A stretch of 64,000 nt of DNA. Source: Thermoanaerobaculia bacterium. GTDB taxonomy: Bacteria; Acidobacteriota; Thermoanaerobaculia; Multivoradales; JAIOJS01. The notes under the pieces were generated by a model. That model ran no database searches, had not been told where the DNA came from, and worked only from the letters and a program-made list of their open reading frames with translations. Positions 9,897-18,310 of the stretch are shown piece after piece. Position 1 is the stretch's first letter, and every line of letters begins with the position of its first letter. The position numbers were made by a program, and so were the translations under genes. The DNA is taken from the NCBI GenBank assembly GCA_963837455.1, contig CAWINM010000001.1, positions 2,312,202-2,376,201 on the forward strand, in the 5' to 3' direction.

Positions 9897-10745
9897 ATGC
9901 CGTTCCTCGGTGCACACGTCTCGGTCGCCGGGGGGCTGCCGCGCGCCTTCGAGCGTGGCCGCGACCTCGGCTGCACCGCCATGCAAGTCTTCGTCAAGAA
10001 CCCCAACCGCTGGCAGGGGCGTCCGCTCGACGACGAGGAGGTGGCGCGCTTCCGGGCGGCCCGCGAGTCGTGGACCGGGGCTCCACTGGTGGCCCACGGG
10101 GCTTACTTGATCAATCTCGCGGCGGAGGACGGCGAGATCCTGGCGCGCTCGCGGGCCGGGCTCATCGACGAGCTCGAGCGCTGCGCGCGGCTCGGGGTCG
10201 CCGGCCTGGTGGTGCACCCGGGAGCGCACGGCGGCGCCGGCGATGCGGAAGGGGTGCGGCGTGTCGCCGCCTCGCTCGACGCCGTGCTCGGCGAACGGCC
10301 GGCGGATGGACCCCGCGTGCTGCTGGAGACCACCGCCGGGCAGGGGAGCGCTCTCGGCTGGCGGCTCGAGCAGCTCGAGGCGATCCTCGTCGCCAGCCGT
10401 CACGTCGAGGCGCTGGCGATCTGCCTCGACAGCTGCCACCTCTTCGCCGCCGGCTATCCGCTCGACAGCGCGGAGGGTGTGGCGTCGGTGCTCGGCGAGG
10501 CGGTGGCGCGGTTTGGCGCCGACCGTCTCGCCTGCGTGCACCTCAACGACTCGCGCCACCCGCGCGGCTCGCGGCGGGACCGGCACGCCAACGTCGGCGA
10601 GGGAATGCTGGGGAGGGATGCCTTTGCCGCGCTGCTGCGGGCCCCGCTGCTCGCCGCCGTGCCGCTCATCCTCGAGACCCCCGACGACGACCAGCAGGGG
10701 CACGCCCGCGACCTCGCTCTGCTGCGCTCGCTGGTGCCCCGGTGA
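9897..10745 (+). CDS. nfo: Deoxyribonuclease IV (endonuclease IV, AP endonuclease)
   Basis: Motifs GAHVS, AMQVFVKNPNRW, VAHGAYLINLA, VVHPGAH, CLDSCHLFAAGY and CVHLNDS. Confidence 0.85.
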   Translation: MPFLGAHVSVAGGLPRAFERGRDLGCTAMQVFVKNPNRWQGRPLDDEEVARFRAARESWTGAPLVAHGAYLINLAAEDGEILARSRAGLIDELERCARLGVAGLVVHPGAHGGAGDAEGVRRVAASLDAVLGERPADGPRVLLETTAGQGSALGWRLEQLEAILVASRHVEALAICLDSCHLFAAGYPLDSAEGVASVLGEAVARFGADRLACVHLNDSRHPRGSRRDRHANVGEGMLGRDAFAALLRAPLLAAVPLILETPDDDQQGHARDLALLRSLVPR

Positions 10746-10814
10746 CGGCGGGGCGCCCGGGAGTCGCTCGCTGCGGCCCACGGGGGGTCCGCAGCGCCCT
10801 GCTAGACTCGGCCG

Positions 10815-11570
10815 ATGGGGCGATGGCTGCTGCGGGCGTTGCTTCGCCTCTGTTACCTGGTGGTGGTCGGTGTCCTCTTCGTCGCCGCCTCCTACCTCTC
10901 CTTCAGCCTCTTCGTACGGCGCGGCGTGACCCCGGTGCCCAACCTCGTCGGCCTCGACCTCGATACCGCCGCCGAGCGGCTGGGCGACCAGGGATTGCGG
11001 CTGCGCCACCAGCGCGGAACCGACCGCTTCGCCGCCAACGTGCCCTCGGGGAGGGTGCTCGACCAGCGCCCCGGTCCGGGGGCCATCGCCAAGCGTGGTG
11101 GCGTCGTCGACCTGGTGCTGTCGCGCGGGCGCCAGATGACGCCGGTTCCCGACCTGCGCGGCAGCGCGCTGCCGGCGGCGCAGGTGACGCTATCGGCGGC
11201 GGGGCTGGGTGTCGGCCCGCTGGCGCAGATCTTCGCCGATGCGCCGGTGGGGAGCGTGGTGCTGCAGCAGCCCGCGGCCGGCACCGAGGTGGGGCCGGGA
11301 ACGCCGGTGCGGCTGTTCCTCGCCGTCGAGGGGCACCGCGAGACCTACGTCATGCCCGACCTCGTCGACCGCGACTATCGTGCCGTGCGCGCCTTCCTCG
11401 AGCAGCACGGCTTCCGCGTCGGCAGCGTGAAGTTCGAGCCCTACGAGGGCGTCTCGGAAAGCCTCGTGCTGCGGCAGTTTCCGCTCCCCGGCCACCCCCT
11501 GCGGCGCGGCGAGGTGATCTCGCTGGTGGTGGCGGCGGTGCCCGAGCCGTCCTCTCTGGAGGGGACGTGA
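10815..11570 (+). CDS. Membrane-anchored PASTA-domain protein with three PASTA repeats and no kinase or PBP domain
   Basis: An N-terminal TM helix is followed by three repeats of the PASTA pattern (VPNLVGLDLDTAAERL, VPDLRGSALPAAQVTL, VMPDLVDRDYRAVRAFL). Its stop overlaps the rpe GTG start (GTGA). Confidence 0.75.
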   Translation: MGRWLLRALLRLCYLVVVGVLFVAASYLSFSLFVRRGVTPVPNLVGLDLDTAAERLGDQGLRLRHQRGTDRFAANVPSGRVLDQRPGPGAIAKRGGVVDLVLSRGRQMTPVPDLRGSALPAAQVTLSAAGLGVGPLAQIFADAPVGSVVLQQPAAGTEVGPGTPVRLFLAVEGHRETYVMPDLVDRDYRAVRAFLEQHGFRVGSVKFEPYEGVSESLVLRQFPLPGHPLRRGEVISLVVAAVPEPSSLEGT

Positions 11571-12289
11571 GCCGCTCGGCCGGAACCAGCACCGTGCAGC
11601 CCGGACCCGACCTGCGGCCACGGCCGATCAAGCTCGCCCCCTCGATCCTCGCCGCCGACCTCGCCGCCCTCGCCGAGGCGCTGCGCCAGTGCGAGCAGGG
11701 GGGCGCCGACCTGGTGCACGTCGACGTCATGGACGGGCACTTCGTTCCCAACCTCACCTTCGGTCCGCCGGTGGTGGCGGCGTTGGCGCGGCGCACCCGG
11801 CTGCCGCTCGACGTCCACCTCATGGTGGCGAACCCCGAGCGGCTGCTCGATGCCTACCTCGAGGCGGGCGCCAAGTGGGTGTCGGTGCACGTGGAGGCGA
11901 CGCCACACCTCGACCGGCTGTTGACCCACATCCGCTCCGCCGGGGGGCGTGCCGGCGCGGTGCTCAATCCGGCGACCCCGGTGGCGCAGCTCGCCGACTG
12001 CCTGCCGGCACTCGACTACGTGCTGGTGATGTCGGTCAACCCCGGTTTCGCCGGCCAGCGCTTCATCCCCTACGCCCTCGACAAGGTCCGTCGCCTCGCG
12101 GCCATGGTGCGCGCCGCGGCGCTGCCGGTGGAGATCGAGATCGACGGCGGCATCGGCCCGGAGACCATCGCCGGCGCGGTGGCGGCGGGCGCCGACGTCT
12201 GCGTCGCCGGTTCGGCCGTGTTCGCCGCCGCCGACCCCGTCAACCGCATGCGCGAGCTCAAGCAAGTCGCCGCAGGAGCCCTCCGATGA
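11567..12289 (+). CDS. rpe: Ribulose-phosphate 3-epimerase
   Basis: Motifs APSILAADL, VHVDVMDGHFVPNLTFGP, DVHLMV and VMSVNPGFAGQ. An alternative GTG start is at 11594. Confidence 0.85.
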   Translation: MSRSAGTSTVQPGPDLRPRPIKLAPSILAADLAALAEALRQCEQGGADLVHVDVMDGHFVPNLTFGPPVVAALARRTRLPLDVHLMVANPERLLDAYLEAGAKWVSVHVEATPHLDRLLTHIRSAGGRAGAVLNPATPVAQLADCLPALDYVLVMSVNPGFAGQRFIPYALDKVRRLAAMVRAAALPVEIEIDGGIGPETIAGAVAAGADVCVAGSAVFAAADPVNRMRELKQVAAGALR

Positions 12290-13062
12290 GATCCAATCGC
12301 GTCCCCGTCACCGTCGCTTTCCTCCTCGCCGCCACTCCCTGGCTCGCCGGCTGTCACAGCGCCAAGCACGAAGACCCGGTGCTGCGGCTCTCTGCCGCCG
12401 AATCGCTCACCGAAGGGCAGAAGCTGATGGAGGCAGAGAAGTACTCGCAGGCCCGCAAGTACCTCACCCACGCCTTCGAGGTCGAGCCCAACTCCACGTC
12501 CGGCCGTGAGGCGCTCCTGCTCGTCGCCGACTCGCTCTACAAGCAGGGCGGCACCCAGAACCTGGTGCAGGCGGAGGCGAAGTATCGCGACTTCCTCAAT
12601 CGCTTCCCGACCAGCGATCGCGCGCCCTACGTGCAGCTGCAGATTGGCAACTCGCTGGCCGAGCGTGTGGGACGGGCGGACCGTGACCAGAACGTCACCC
12701 ACCAGGCGCAGGACGCCTTCGAGGCCTTGCTGCGCATCTACCCCACCAGCCAAGAGGTCGCGCAGGCGCGACAGCGCATCGGCGAGCTCCGCGCCAAGCT
12801 CGGTGAGCACGAGTTCGACGTGGCGTACTTCTACTTCCGCTACGGCATTCCGCTCGCCACCGCGAACCGCCTCCAGTACCTGCTGGCCAACTACCCCGAG
12901 TACGCCGCCAAGGACAAGGTCTACTACTACCTGGGCCTCGCCCTCACCCGCATGGGCAAGCCCGAGGAGGCCGCCCAGTGGTTCGAGAAGCTCCGGCAGG
13001 AGTTCCCCACCAGCTCGTACGTCGCCGACATCCCCAAGGTCGCCAAAGACGCGCGCGGCTGA
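12286..13062 (+). CDS. bamD: Outer membrane protein assembly factor BamD (TPR lipoprotein)
   Basis: ATG overlaps the rpe stop (ATGA). The lipoprotein signal is LAGC, followed by TPR-like repeats, and the protein has typical BamD length and organisation. Confidence 0.8.
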   Translation: MRSNRVPVTVAFLLAATPWLAGCHSAKHEDPVLRLSAAESLTEGQKLMEAEKYSQARKYLTHAFEVEPNSTSGREALLLVADSLYKQGGTQNLVQAEAKYRDFLNRFPTSDRAPYVQLQIGNSLAERVGRADRDQNVTHQAQDAFEALLRIYPTSQEVAQARQRIGELRAKLGEHEFDVAYFYFRYGIPLATANRLQYLLANYPEYAAKDKVYYYLGLALTRMGKPEEAAQWFEKLRQEFPTSSYVADIPKVAKDARG

Positions 13063-13937
13063 TCGCCGCACTGCTCGCCGCGGCGCTCGTCGGTTGCGCC
13101 TCGGTTCCGAAGCTGCCCGGTGAGCGGCGCGACGACCAGCTGGCCGAGCTGCAGGCACGGGTGCTCGAGCTGTCGCAGAAGGCGGCGGTCCAGGAAGTGG
13201 AGCTGTCGCGGCTGCGGCAGCAGGTGGTCTCGCTGGAGGCCAGGCTCGGCGGGCCGCCGGCCGCTCGCGGCAGCGCGCAGGGGATGGCAGCGCCGCCGTC
13301 CCCCGCCGTCGCTCCCCGCGCCACGCCCCCGGGGGCGCCGGCGCCGACCCGCGCGCCGGGGCGCGGCGCGGCGTCGCTCGAGGAGAGCGAGCTGGCGGTC
13401 GACGAGCCCGTGGCGCCACCGGTCGCGATACCCTCGGCCGCGCCTCCCCGGCCCGCGGCGGCCCCGCCGGCGCGGCCTGCCGGCAGCGCACCGGCCACCC
13501 CCGCGGCGGCCGGCACCGGGTCGACACCCGGCGTCGCCGGTGAAGGCGGGCCGGTGCCGCAGGAGGCCCAGACGGTCTACGACGAGGCCTACACCCTCTA
13601 CCACCAGGGGCGCTACGAGCAGGCCGAGGCGCGCTTCGAGGAGTTCCTCGCCCAGAGCCCGGCCAGCGAGCTCTCGGACAACGCCCAGTACTGGATCGGT
13701 GCCGCCCGCTTTGCACGTGCCGACTATGCGGGCGCCCTCGCCGCCTTTCGCCGCACGGTGGAGCGCTACCCGGACGCCAACAAGGTCCCCGACGCGCTCT
13801 ACAAGATGGGCCAGACGCTCGAGGAGCTGAAGCAGCCCGGGCAGGCCCGGGCGGTCTACGAGGAGCTGGTGCGACGGTTTCCCGACACCGCTGCCGCCAC
13901 CCTGGCGGCGGAGCGGCAGGCGAAGCTGCCCCGCTGA
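12978..13937 (+). CDS. ybgF: Tol-Pal associated YbgF/CpoB-like protein (coiled coil plus C-terminal TPR)
   Basis: Lipoprotein-like LIAALLAAALVGCAS, a coiled coil, a Pro/Ala linker and C-terminal TPR (YTLYHQGRYEQAEARFEEFL...AQYWIGAARF). The start is uncertain. The ORF track starts at a GTG at 12978 that overlaps bamD. Confidence 0.65.
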   Translation: MVREAPAGVPHQLVRRRHPQGRQRRARLIAALLAAALVGCASVPKLPGERRDDQLAELQARVLELSQKAAVQEVELSRLRQQVVSLEARLGGPPAARGSAQGMAAPPSPAVAPRATPPGAPAPTRAPGRGAASLEESELAVDEPVAPPVAIPSAAPPRPAAAPPARPAGSAPATPAAAGTGSTPGVAGEGGPVPQEAQTVYDEAYTLYHQGRYEQAEARFEEFLAQSPASELSDNAQYWIGAARFARADYAGALAAFRRTVERYPDANKVPDALYKMGQTLEELKQPGQARAVYEELVRRFPDTAAATLAAERQAKLPR

Positions 13938-13986
13938 GCGGGGCCTCCGGCGCCCTGTACCCCAGGTTCTTCAAGCTTTGCTTGAA
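13929..13986 (+). terminator. Two hairpins at and after the ybgF stop: ccccgc-tga-gcgggg (13929-13943) and cttcaagc-ttt-gcttgaag (13968-13986)
   Basis: Both are perfect inverted repeats. The first encloses the TGA stop at 13935-13937. Confidence 0.4.
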
Positions 13987-14003
13987 GTGGTCGGGCCCAA
14001 AGC

Positions 14004-14033
14004 CTTGACAGGACGAGGCGGACTCGCTTACCG
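14004..14033 (+). promoter_or_regulatory. Putative sigma70-type promoter for the LysM gene: TTGACA (14004-14009), 18-nt spacer, TACCGT
   Basis: Perfect -35 hexamer and a weak -10, about 55 nt upstream of ATG 14090. The RBS GGAGGA lies at 14076-14081. Confidence 0.3.
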
Positions 14034-14089
14034 TTGAGTTGATTTCTGGTCACTTGCGCTGCCGCCGGGTGCTCGGAGGAGGTCTCGCC

Positions 14090-15298
14090 ATGACGTGCCG
14101 TCATCGGAGTGGGCTCGCAGCAATCGCTCTCATCCTGTTCGGGGCGATGACGGCTGCGGCGGCGGATCAGCCACCGCGCACCCTGCACAAGGTCGGCGAC
14201 CACTGGACCGCCTGGGATCCGCCGACCGACCTGCCGGCGGGGGAACAGACGTACACCATCGTGGCCGGCGACACGCTGTGGGCGATTGCCGGCAAGTACC
14301 TCAAGAACAGCTACCTGTGGCCGCAGCTGTGGGAGCGCAACCAGTACATCAAGGACGCCCACTGGATCTACCCCGGCGACCCGTTGCTGCTCGGGCCGAC
14401 CGAGGTCGCCCCGGTCGAGCAGCTCACGGAGCAGGACCTCGGCGGGGCCGCGGCCACCCCCGGCGGTGCCGCGGGAGCGAACGGCGAGACTGCCGCTGGC
14501 CAGTCCGGATTGCGGGTCGACACCACGGTGGCGCCGCTGCAGCCACTCGGCAGCGAGGACGACATCTACTGCAGCGGGTACATCGGCGACATCGACGAGC
14601 AGTTCGGCTACCACCTCATCGGCTCGGAGTACGACGGCTTGTCGCCCACCCTCGCCGGCACCGGTACCGCGCGGCACCCCGTGCACGGCATCTACGGCAA
14701 CGACACCGTCAAGTACAACCTCAGCGTCGGCGACATCGTCTACGTCGACGGCGGGATGGCGGCAGGCCTCTCGCCAGGGGTCCTCTACAGCATCGTCGGC
14801 CCGCGGGACGTGGTGCGCAACCCGGCCACCCACGACGTGGTGGGACGGGTCTACGAGTACCAGGGCCGCCTGCGATTGCTGACGGTGCAGGACGGGTTCG
14901 CCATCGCCGAGATCGTCCAGGCCTGCGGCAGCATCCTCGCCGGCGCCGGTCTCAAGCCCTTCGTTCCGGAGCCGGTGCCGCTGGGCCGGCGCACTGGCAT
15001 GCGGCCGGCGAACACGCCGGTCAGCGCCGACGCGCTCGCCGACGCTCCGGTGATCCTGCGCGCCAAGGACGACATCGTCAGCATCGGCGAGGACCACGTC
15101 GTCTTCGTGAGCCTGGGAGCCGAGAGCGGCGCGGCGCCCGGCGACGTCTACACCATCTACCGCTCCAGCATCGCCGGCCATCCCCCGATCGTGCTCGGCG
15201 AGCTGGCGCTGCTGTCGGTGCACCCGCGTGGCTCGGTGGCGCGCGTCATCGCTTCGCGCTATCCGATCTACATCGGCGACCGCCTGGAACCCAAGTAG
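14090..15298 (+). CDS. Secreted LysM-domain protein with a large C-terminal domain of unknown function
   Basis: Signal peptide MTCRHRSGLAAIALILFGAMTAAAA, then a LysM domain (YTIVAGDTLWAIAGKYL...LWPQLWERN). Confidence 0.75.
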   Translation: MTCRHRSGLAAIALILFGAMTAAAADQPPRTLHKVGDHWTAWDPPTDLPAGEQTYTIVAGDTLWAIAGKYLKNSYLWPQLWERNQYIKDAHWIYPGDPLLLGPTEVAPVEQLTEQDLGGAAATPGGAAGANGETAAGQSGLRVDTTVAPLQPLGSEDDIYCSGYIGDIDEQFGYHLIGSEYDGLSPTLAGTGTARHPVHGIYGNDTVKYNLSVGDIVYVDGGMAAGLSPGVLYSIVGPRDVVRNPATHDVVGRVYEYQGRLRLLTVQDGFAIAEIVQACGSILAGAGLKPFVPEPVPLGRRTGMRPANTPVSADALADAPVILRAKDDIVSIGEDHVVFVSLGAESGAAPGDVYTIYRSSIAGHPPIVLGELALLSVHPRGSVARVIASRYPIYIGDRLEPK

Positions 15299-15324
15299 AG
15301 CGTCGAGCCCGCGTCGCGTAGGGC

Positions 15325-15627
15325 GTGCTAGACTCGCGCCCTTCTCCGGGACGACGCGGTGTGAGCGACCAGACTCTCAACGGCCATCTCTGCCGCTTGG
15401 TGGCAGAGCTCGTGCGGCAGGGGATCTCTCTCGAGCAGGCGAACCGCGAGTTCGAGCGGCAGTACCTGATCGCCGCCCTGCGCGCCCACGAAGGGAGTCT
15501 CGTCCGCTCCTCCTCGGCGCTCGGAATCCACCGCAACACCTTGCGCAACAAGATGGCCTCGCTGCGCATCGCGCCACAGGACGTGCTGCCCAAGCCCCGC
15601 CCGCGCCGCCGGGCTTCACCCCGCTGA
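15325..15627 (+). CDS. Fis-family HTH DNA-binding protein
   Basis: C-terminal HTH_8 motif (ALGIHRNTLRNKM), as in Fis and NtrC C-termini. GTG starts are possible at 15325 or 15361. Confidence 0.7.
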   Translation: MLDSRPSPGRRGVSDQTLNGHLCRLVAELVRQGISLEQANREFERQYLIAALRAHEGSLVRSSSALGIHRNTLRNKMASLRIAPQDVLPKPRPRRRASPR

Positions 15628-15870
15628 GCCGTCACTGAAGGCGCCGGCGTGGGCGAGCTCGACGCCCTTGCCGCTGCGTTTCCGCCGCGGCCGGCACCGG
15701 AATTGCTGTGCGCGAAGGCGGAGATTCCTGCCTTCCATCCGCCACGGGTGCGGATGATGCCAAATTGACCCACCTCGTTCTGGATGCAAGCCATCACGGC
15801 CTCGAGGAGTTAGGGGCGATGGCCCGGCTAGGCGAGCACGGGGCTCGGCCAGGTGCCCCCGGAGGGAACG

Positions 15871-16640
15871 ATGCACAAACGACCAAGATTTGGCGCCCTG
15901 GTGGCCGCCGGGGTGCTGCTGGTGCTCTTCTGGCCGGCCGGCGCCACTGCGCCGGCCGCACCGGCACTGTCTCTGCCGGTGCCCAGCAGAGAGCGACTCC
16001 GATGCTGGCCGAGCTGGCGCACTGGACGCGCGCCGGCAGCCATGACTTCCCCCTCTTCGGCGAGCGCCCGCTCTCGCTGCAGGTGCAGGACCGTCCGCGT
16101 GGCTTCTCCCTGTTCGACAACGAGCGCGACCGCGGCCGACACATGCTGCTCGCGACGCTGCCGTACGGGACGCTGATCGAGGAGGCGGCCGAGCGCTACC
16201 GCCTCGACAGCCTCCTACTCGCTGCCGTCATCCGCGCCGAGTCGGGATTCGACGCCGCGGCGATCTCGCCGCAAGGAGCGCAGGGTCTGATGCAGCTGAT
16301 GCCGACGACGGCGATGAGCTATGGCGCGCCGCGACCCGAGGATCCGCGTGCCAACGTGCGGGCCGGAGCGCGCTACCTTCGTGAGCTGCTCGGCAGGTTC
16401 GACGACGACCTCGAGCTCGCTCTCGCCGCCTACAACGCCGGCCCCACCGCCGTGCGACGCTTCAGCGGCGTGCCGCCGTATCGCGAGACGCGGACCTACG
16501 TGGAGCGGGTCCTCACCCTCTACCTGGGCTACCACCGCACGCTGTGGCAGGAGGCCCAGCTCGATGAGCTGCTGGGAGATGAGCCGACAGTCGGCGGTGC
16601 GACGATGGAGGGAGCGGCGGAGCCGCCCGCCATTCCCTCA
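15871..16640 (+). pseudogene. Lytic transglycosylase (SLT domain), frameshifted
   Basis: A signal peptide (MHKRPRFGALVAAGVLLVLFWPAGA) is in frame 1 after RBS GGAGGGA. The SLT catalytic motifs (ESGFDAAAISPQGAQGLMQLMP, AYNAGPTAV) are in frame 0, so there is a frameshift near 15990. The C-terminal end is uncertain because frame 0 stays open into tatA on the other strand. Confidence 0.6.
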
Positions 16641-16823
16641 GGCGGAGGGACCGGGCTGGTCCTTGTCGGAAGCAGCGTCGTCCTGCCCGCCGCGCAGCCC
16701 CTGACGAAAATTGCGGATGCCCTGGCCGAGCCCCTTGCCCAGCTGTGGCAGACGCGAGTACCCGAAGATCAGCAGCACAATGGCCAGGATGATCAGCAGC
16801 TCGGGGACGCCCAAATTGAACAT
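16638..16823 (-). CDS. tatA: Twin-arginine translocase subunit TatA/E
   Basis: 61 aa, [45 protein letters not shown] at 16823 with a GGAGGT RBS. Confidence 0.8.
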   Translation of the reverse strand: MFNLGVPELLIILAIVLLIFGYSRLPQLGKGLGQGIRNFRQGLRGGQDDAASDKDQPGPSA

Positions 16824-16881
16824 GGCTACCTCCGCGGCGACAGGCTGGCGAGGAGCGCGGCCTCGTCGCACACCGGCCGAG

Positions 16882-17880
16882 TCAGTCTACCAGATCGCCC
16901 AGGAACGCCTCCCACCCCGGCCGCAGGGCCGGACGCAGGGCGCGCAGCTCCGGGACCGCGCCGAACCAACGCCAGGCTCGAGCGAGCGTCGGAGCCACCA
17001 GCCTGAGGTGGCGGTCGAAGCCGCGGCGCGCGAAGTCGCAGTAGTTGCCCACCGCCTTGATCGAGCGTTGCACGACCGCGCGCCGGTAGTCGAGGGCGCC
17101 ACCGGCGCCCGGCAGCAGGGCCGCCACCAGCTCCTCTTCCAGCCACGCCGGCGGGAAGAGGCTGTCGTTGAGCAGCGAGGCGAGGTCGTAGGCGGGAGGA
17201 CCGAGGCGCAGGTCCTGGTGGTCGAGCACCAGCAGCCGGCACGCGGGCTCGCGGTCGTCCCGCAGCATCAGGTTGCGCGGCATGAAGTCGCGATGGCAGG
17301 GGACCGCGCGCTCGCCACTGCCGAGCTCGTCGCAGAGAGCATCGAGGGCGCCGCTGAACGCCGCGGCGGTGTCGGCGTCGCCGACCAGGTTCTGCGGCAC
17401 CAGGAAGAGGTCCCAGGTCTTGCGTAGCTCCCAGCGCAACAGAGCGGTGTCGAGCGCTGGGTTGAGGGAGCGCACGCGCTCGCAGGGGAGGTCTCGAATG
17501 CGCTGCAGGAAGCTCGCCGCCAACCGGTAGATGGGCGCCAACGCGTGCCACGCGGACGCCGCCTGGTCGTAGAGCGTGCGATCGCCGGCGTCCTCGAGCA
17601 GCATCAGCCCGCGTCGACAGTCGGTGGCGCGCACCACTGGCACCGGTACGCCGGCCCCGCTGAGCAGTGCGGTGGTGAGACAGAACCGGCGGCAGCCCGG
17701 GCGCAGCTTCACCGGGTAGTAGGCGACCACCGCGCTGCCGCCTCCCGTGAGGCGAGCGCGAAAGTAGCGCCGCAGGGAAATGTCGCCGGTGAGCGCATCG
17801 AGACCATCGACGGCGAGTCCCCGCGCCGCGAGCCAGCGGCCGATCGACGACAGCGGCGACGACGGCCTGCTGGTGCTCAT
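16882..17880 (-). CDS. Phosphotransferase-family kinase (APH fold), possibly an AmgK-like anomeric sugar kinase
   Basis: Motifs [11 protein letters not shown] and [19 protein letters not shown]. Confidence 0.7.
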   Translation of the reverse strand: MSTSRPSSPLSSIGRWLAARGLAVDGLDALTGDISLRRYFRARLTGGGSAVVAYYPVKLRPGCRRFCLTTALLSGAGVPVPVVRATDCRRGLMLLEDAGDRTLYDQAASAWHALAPIYRLAASFLQRIRDLPCERVRSLNPALDTALLRWELRKTWDLFLVPQNLVGDADTAAAFSGALDALCDELGSGERAVPCHRDFMPRNLMLRDDREPACRLLVLDHQDLRLGPPAYDLASLLNDSLFPPAWLEEELVAALLPGAGGALDYRRAVVQRSIKAVGNYCDFARRGFDRHLRLVAPTLARAWRWFGAVPELRALRPALRPGWEAFLGDLVD

Positions 17881-17934
17881 GGCGCCCGGTTTCTACACCG
17901 GCTCGCCGGCGTCGTCCAGCCCTGCGCACGTGGT

Positions 17935-17963
17935 TTGACAGGTGCGGGGCCGGGGGTTAATCT
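17935..17963 (+). promoter_or_regulatory. Putative sigma70 promoter TTGACA-N17-TAATCT in the divergent region upstream of the small ORF and rlmN
   Basis: TTGACA at 17935-17940, a 17-nt spacer and TAATCT at 17958-17963, about 65 nt before TTG 18029. Confidence 0.4.
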
Positions 17964-18028
17964 GCCTCCGAGTCGCCCCAATGAGCTCTCTTTTCCGCGT
18001 GAGGTCGTAACTGGAGGACCGTCGGTCG

Positions 18029-18310
18029 TTGCTCAACGAGCGCCTGCAGCAGATGCTCTCGGAGTTCCGCAAGGCCCTCTACGAGGCGATCTCGGACTCC
18101 ACGGACGTGCATCGCACCTGGCGCCAGTTGCGCGAGGAAGGCTACTCGCTCTACCTGCTGGTGGACTGCAAGAAGCAGGATAGCCTGGAGGCAGGCGAGC
18201 GCGGTCGGCTGCCGCTGCCTCCCCAGGAGCCGGTGTTCCAGATCAACGGTCCGGACCTCTCCTTCCTCAAGTCGATCGGCATCGATCCCACGCGTCGCCG
18301 GCGGCGGTGA
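18029..18310 (+). CDS. Small hypothetical protein (93 aa) coupled to rlmN
   Basis: TTG start with RBS GGAGGA 9 nt upstream. Codon usage matches the genome and the C-terminus overlaps the rlmN GTG start (GTGA). Confidence 0.5.
   Translation: MLNERLQQMLSEFRKALYEAISDSTDVHRTWRQLREEGYSLYLLVDCKKQDSLEAGERGRLPLPPQEPVFQINGPDLSFLKSIGIDPTRRRRR

Noticed and set aside
12070-13974. 634-aa minus-strand ORF across bamD and ybgF
   Set aside because: It is antisense to conserved genes, has an Ala/Arg/Pro-rich translation and no recognisable domain.
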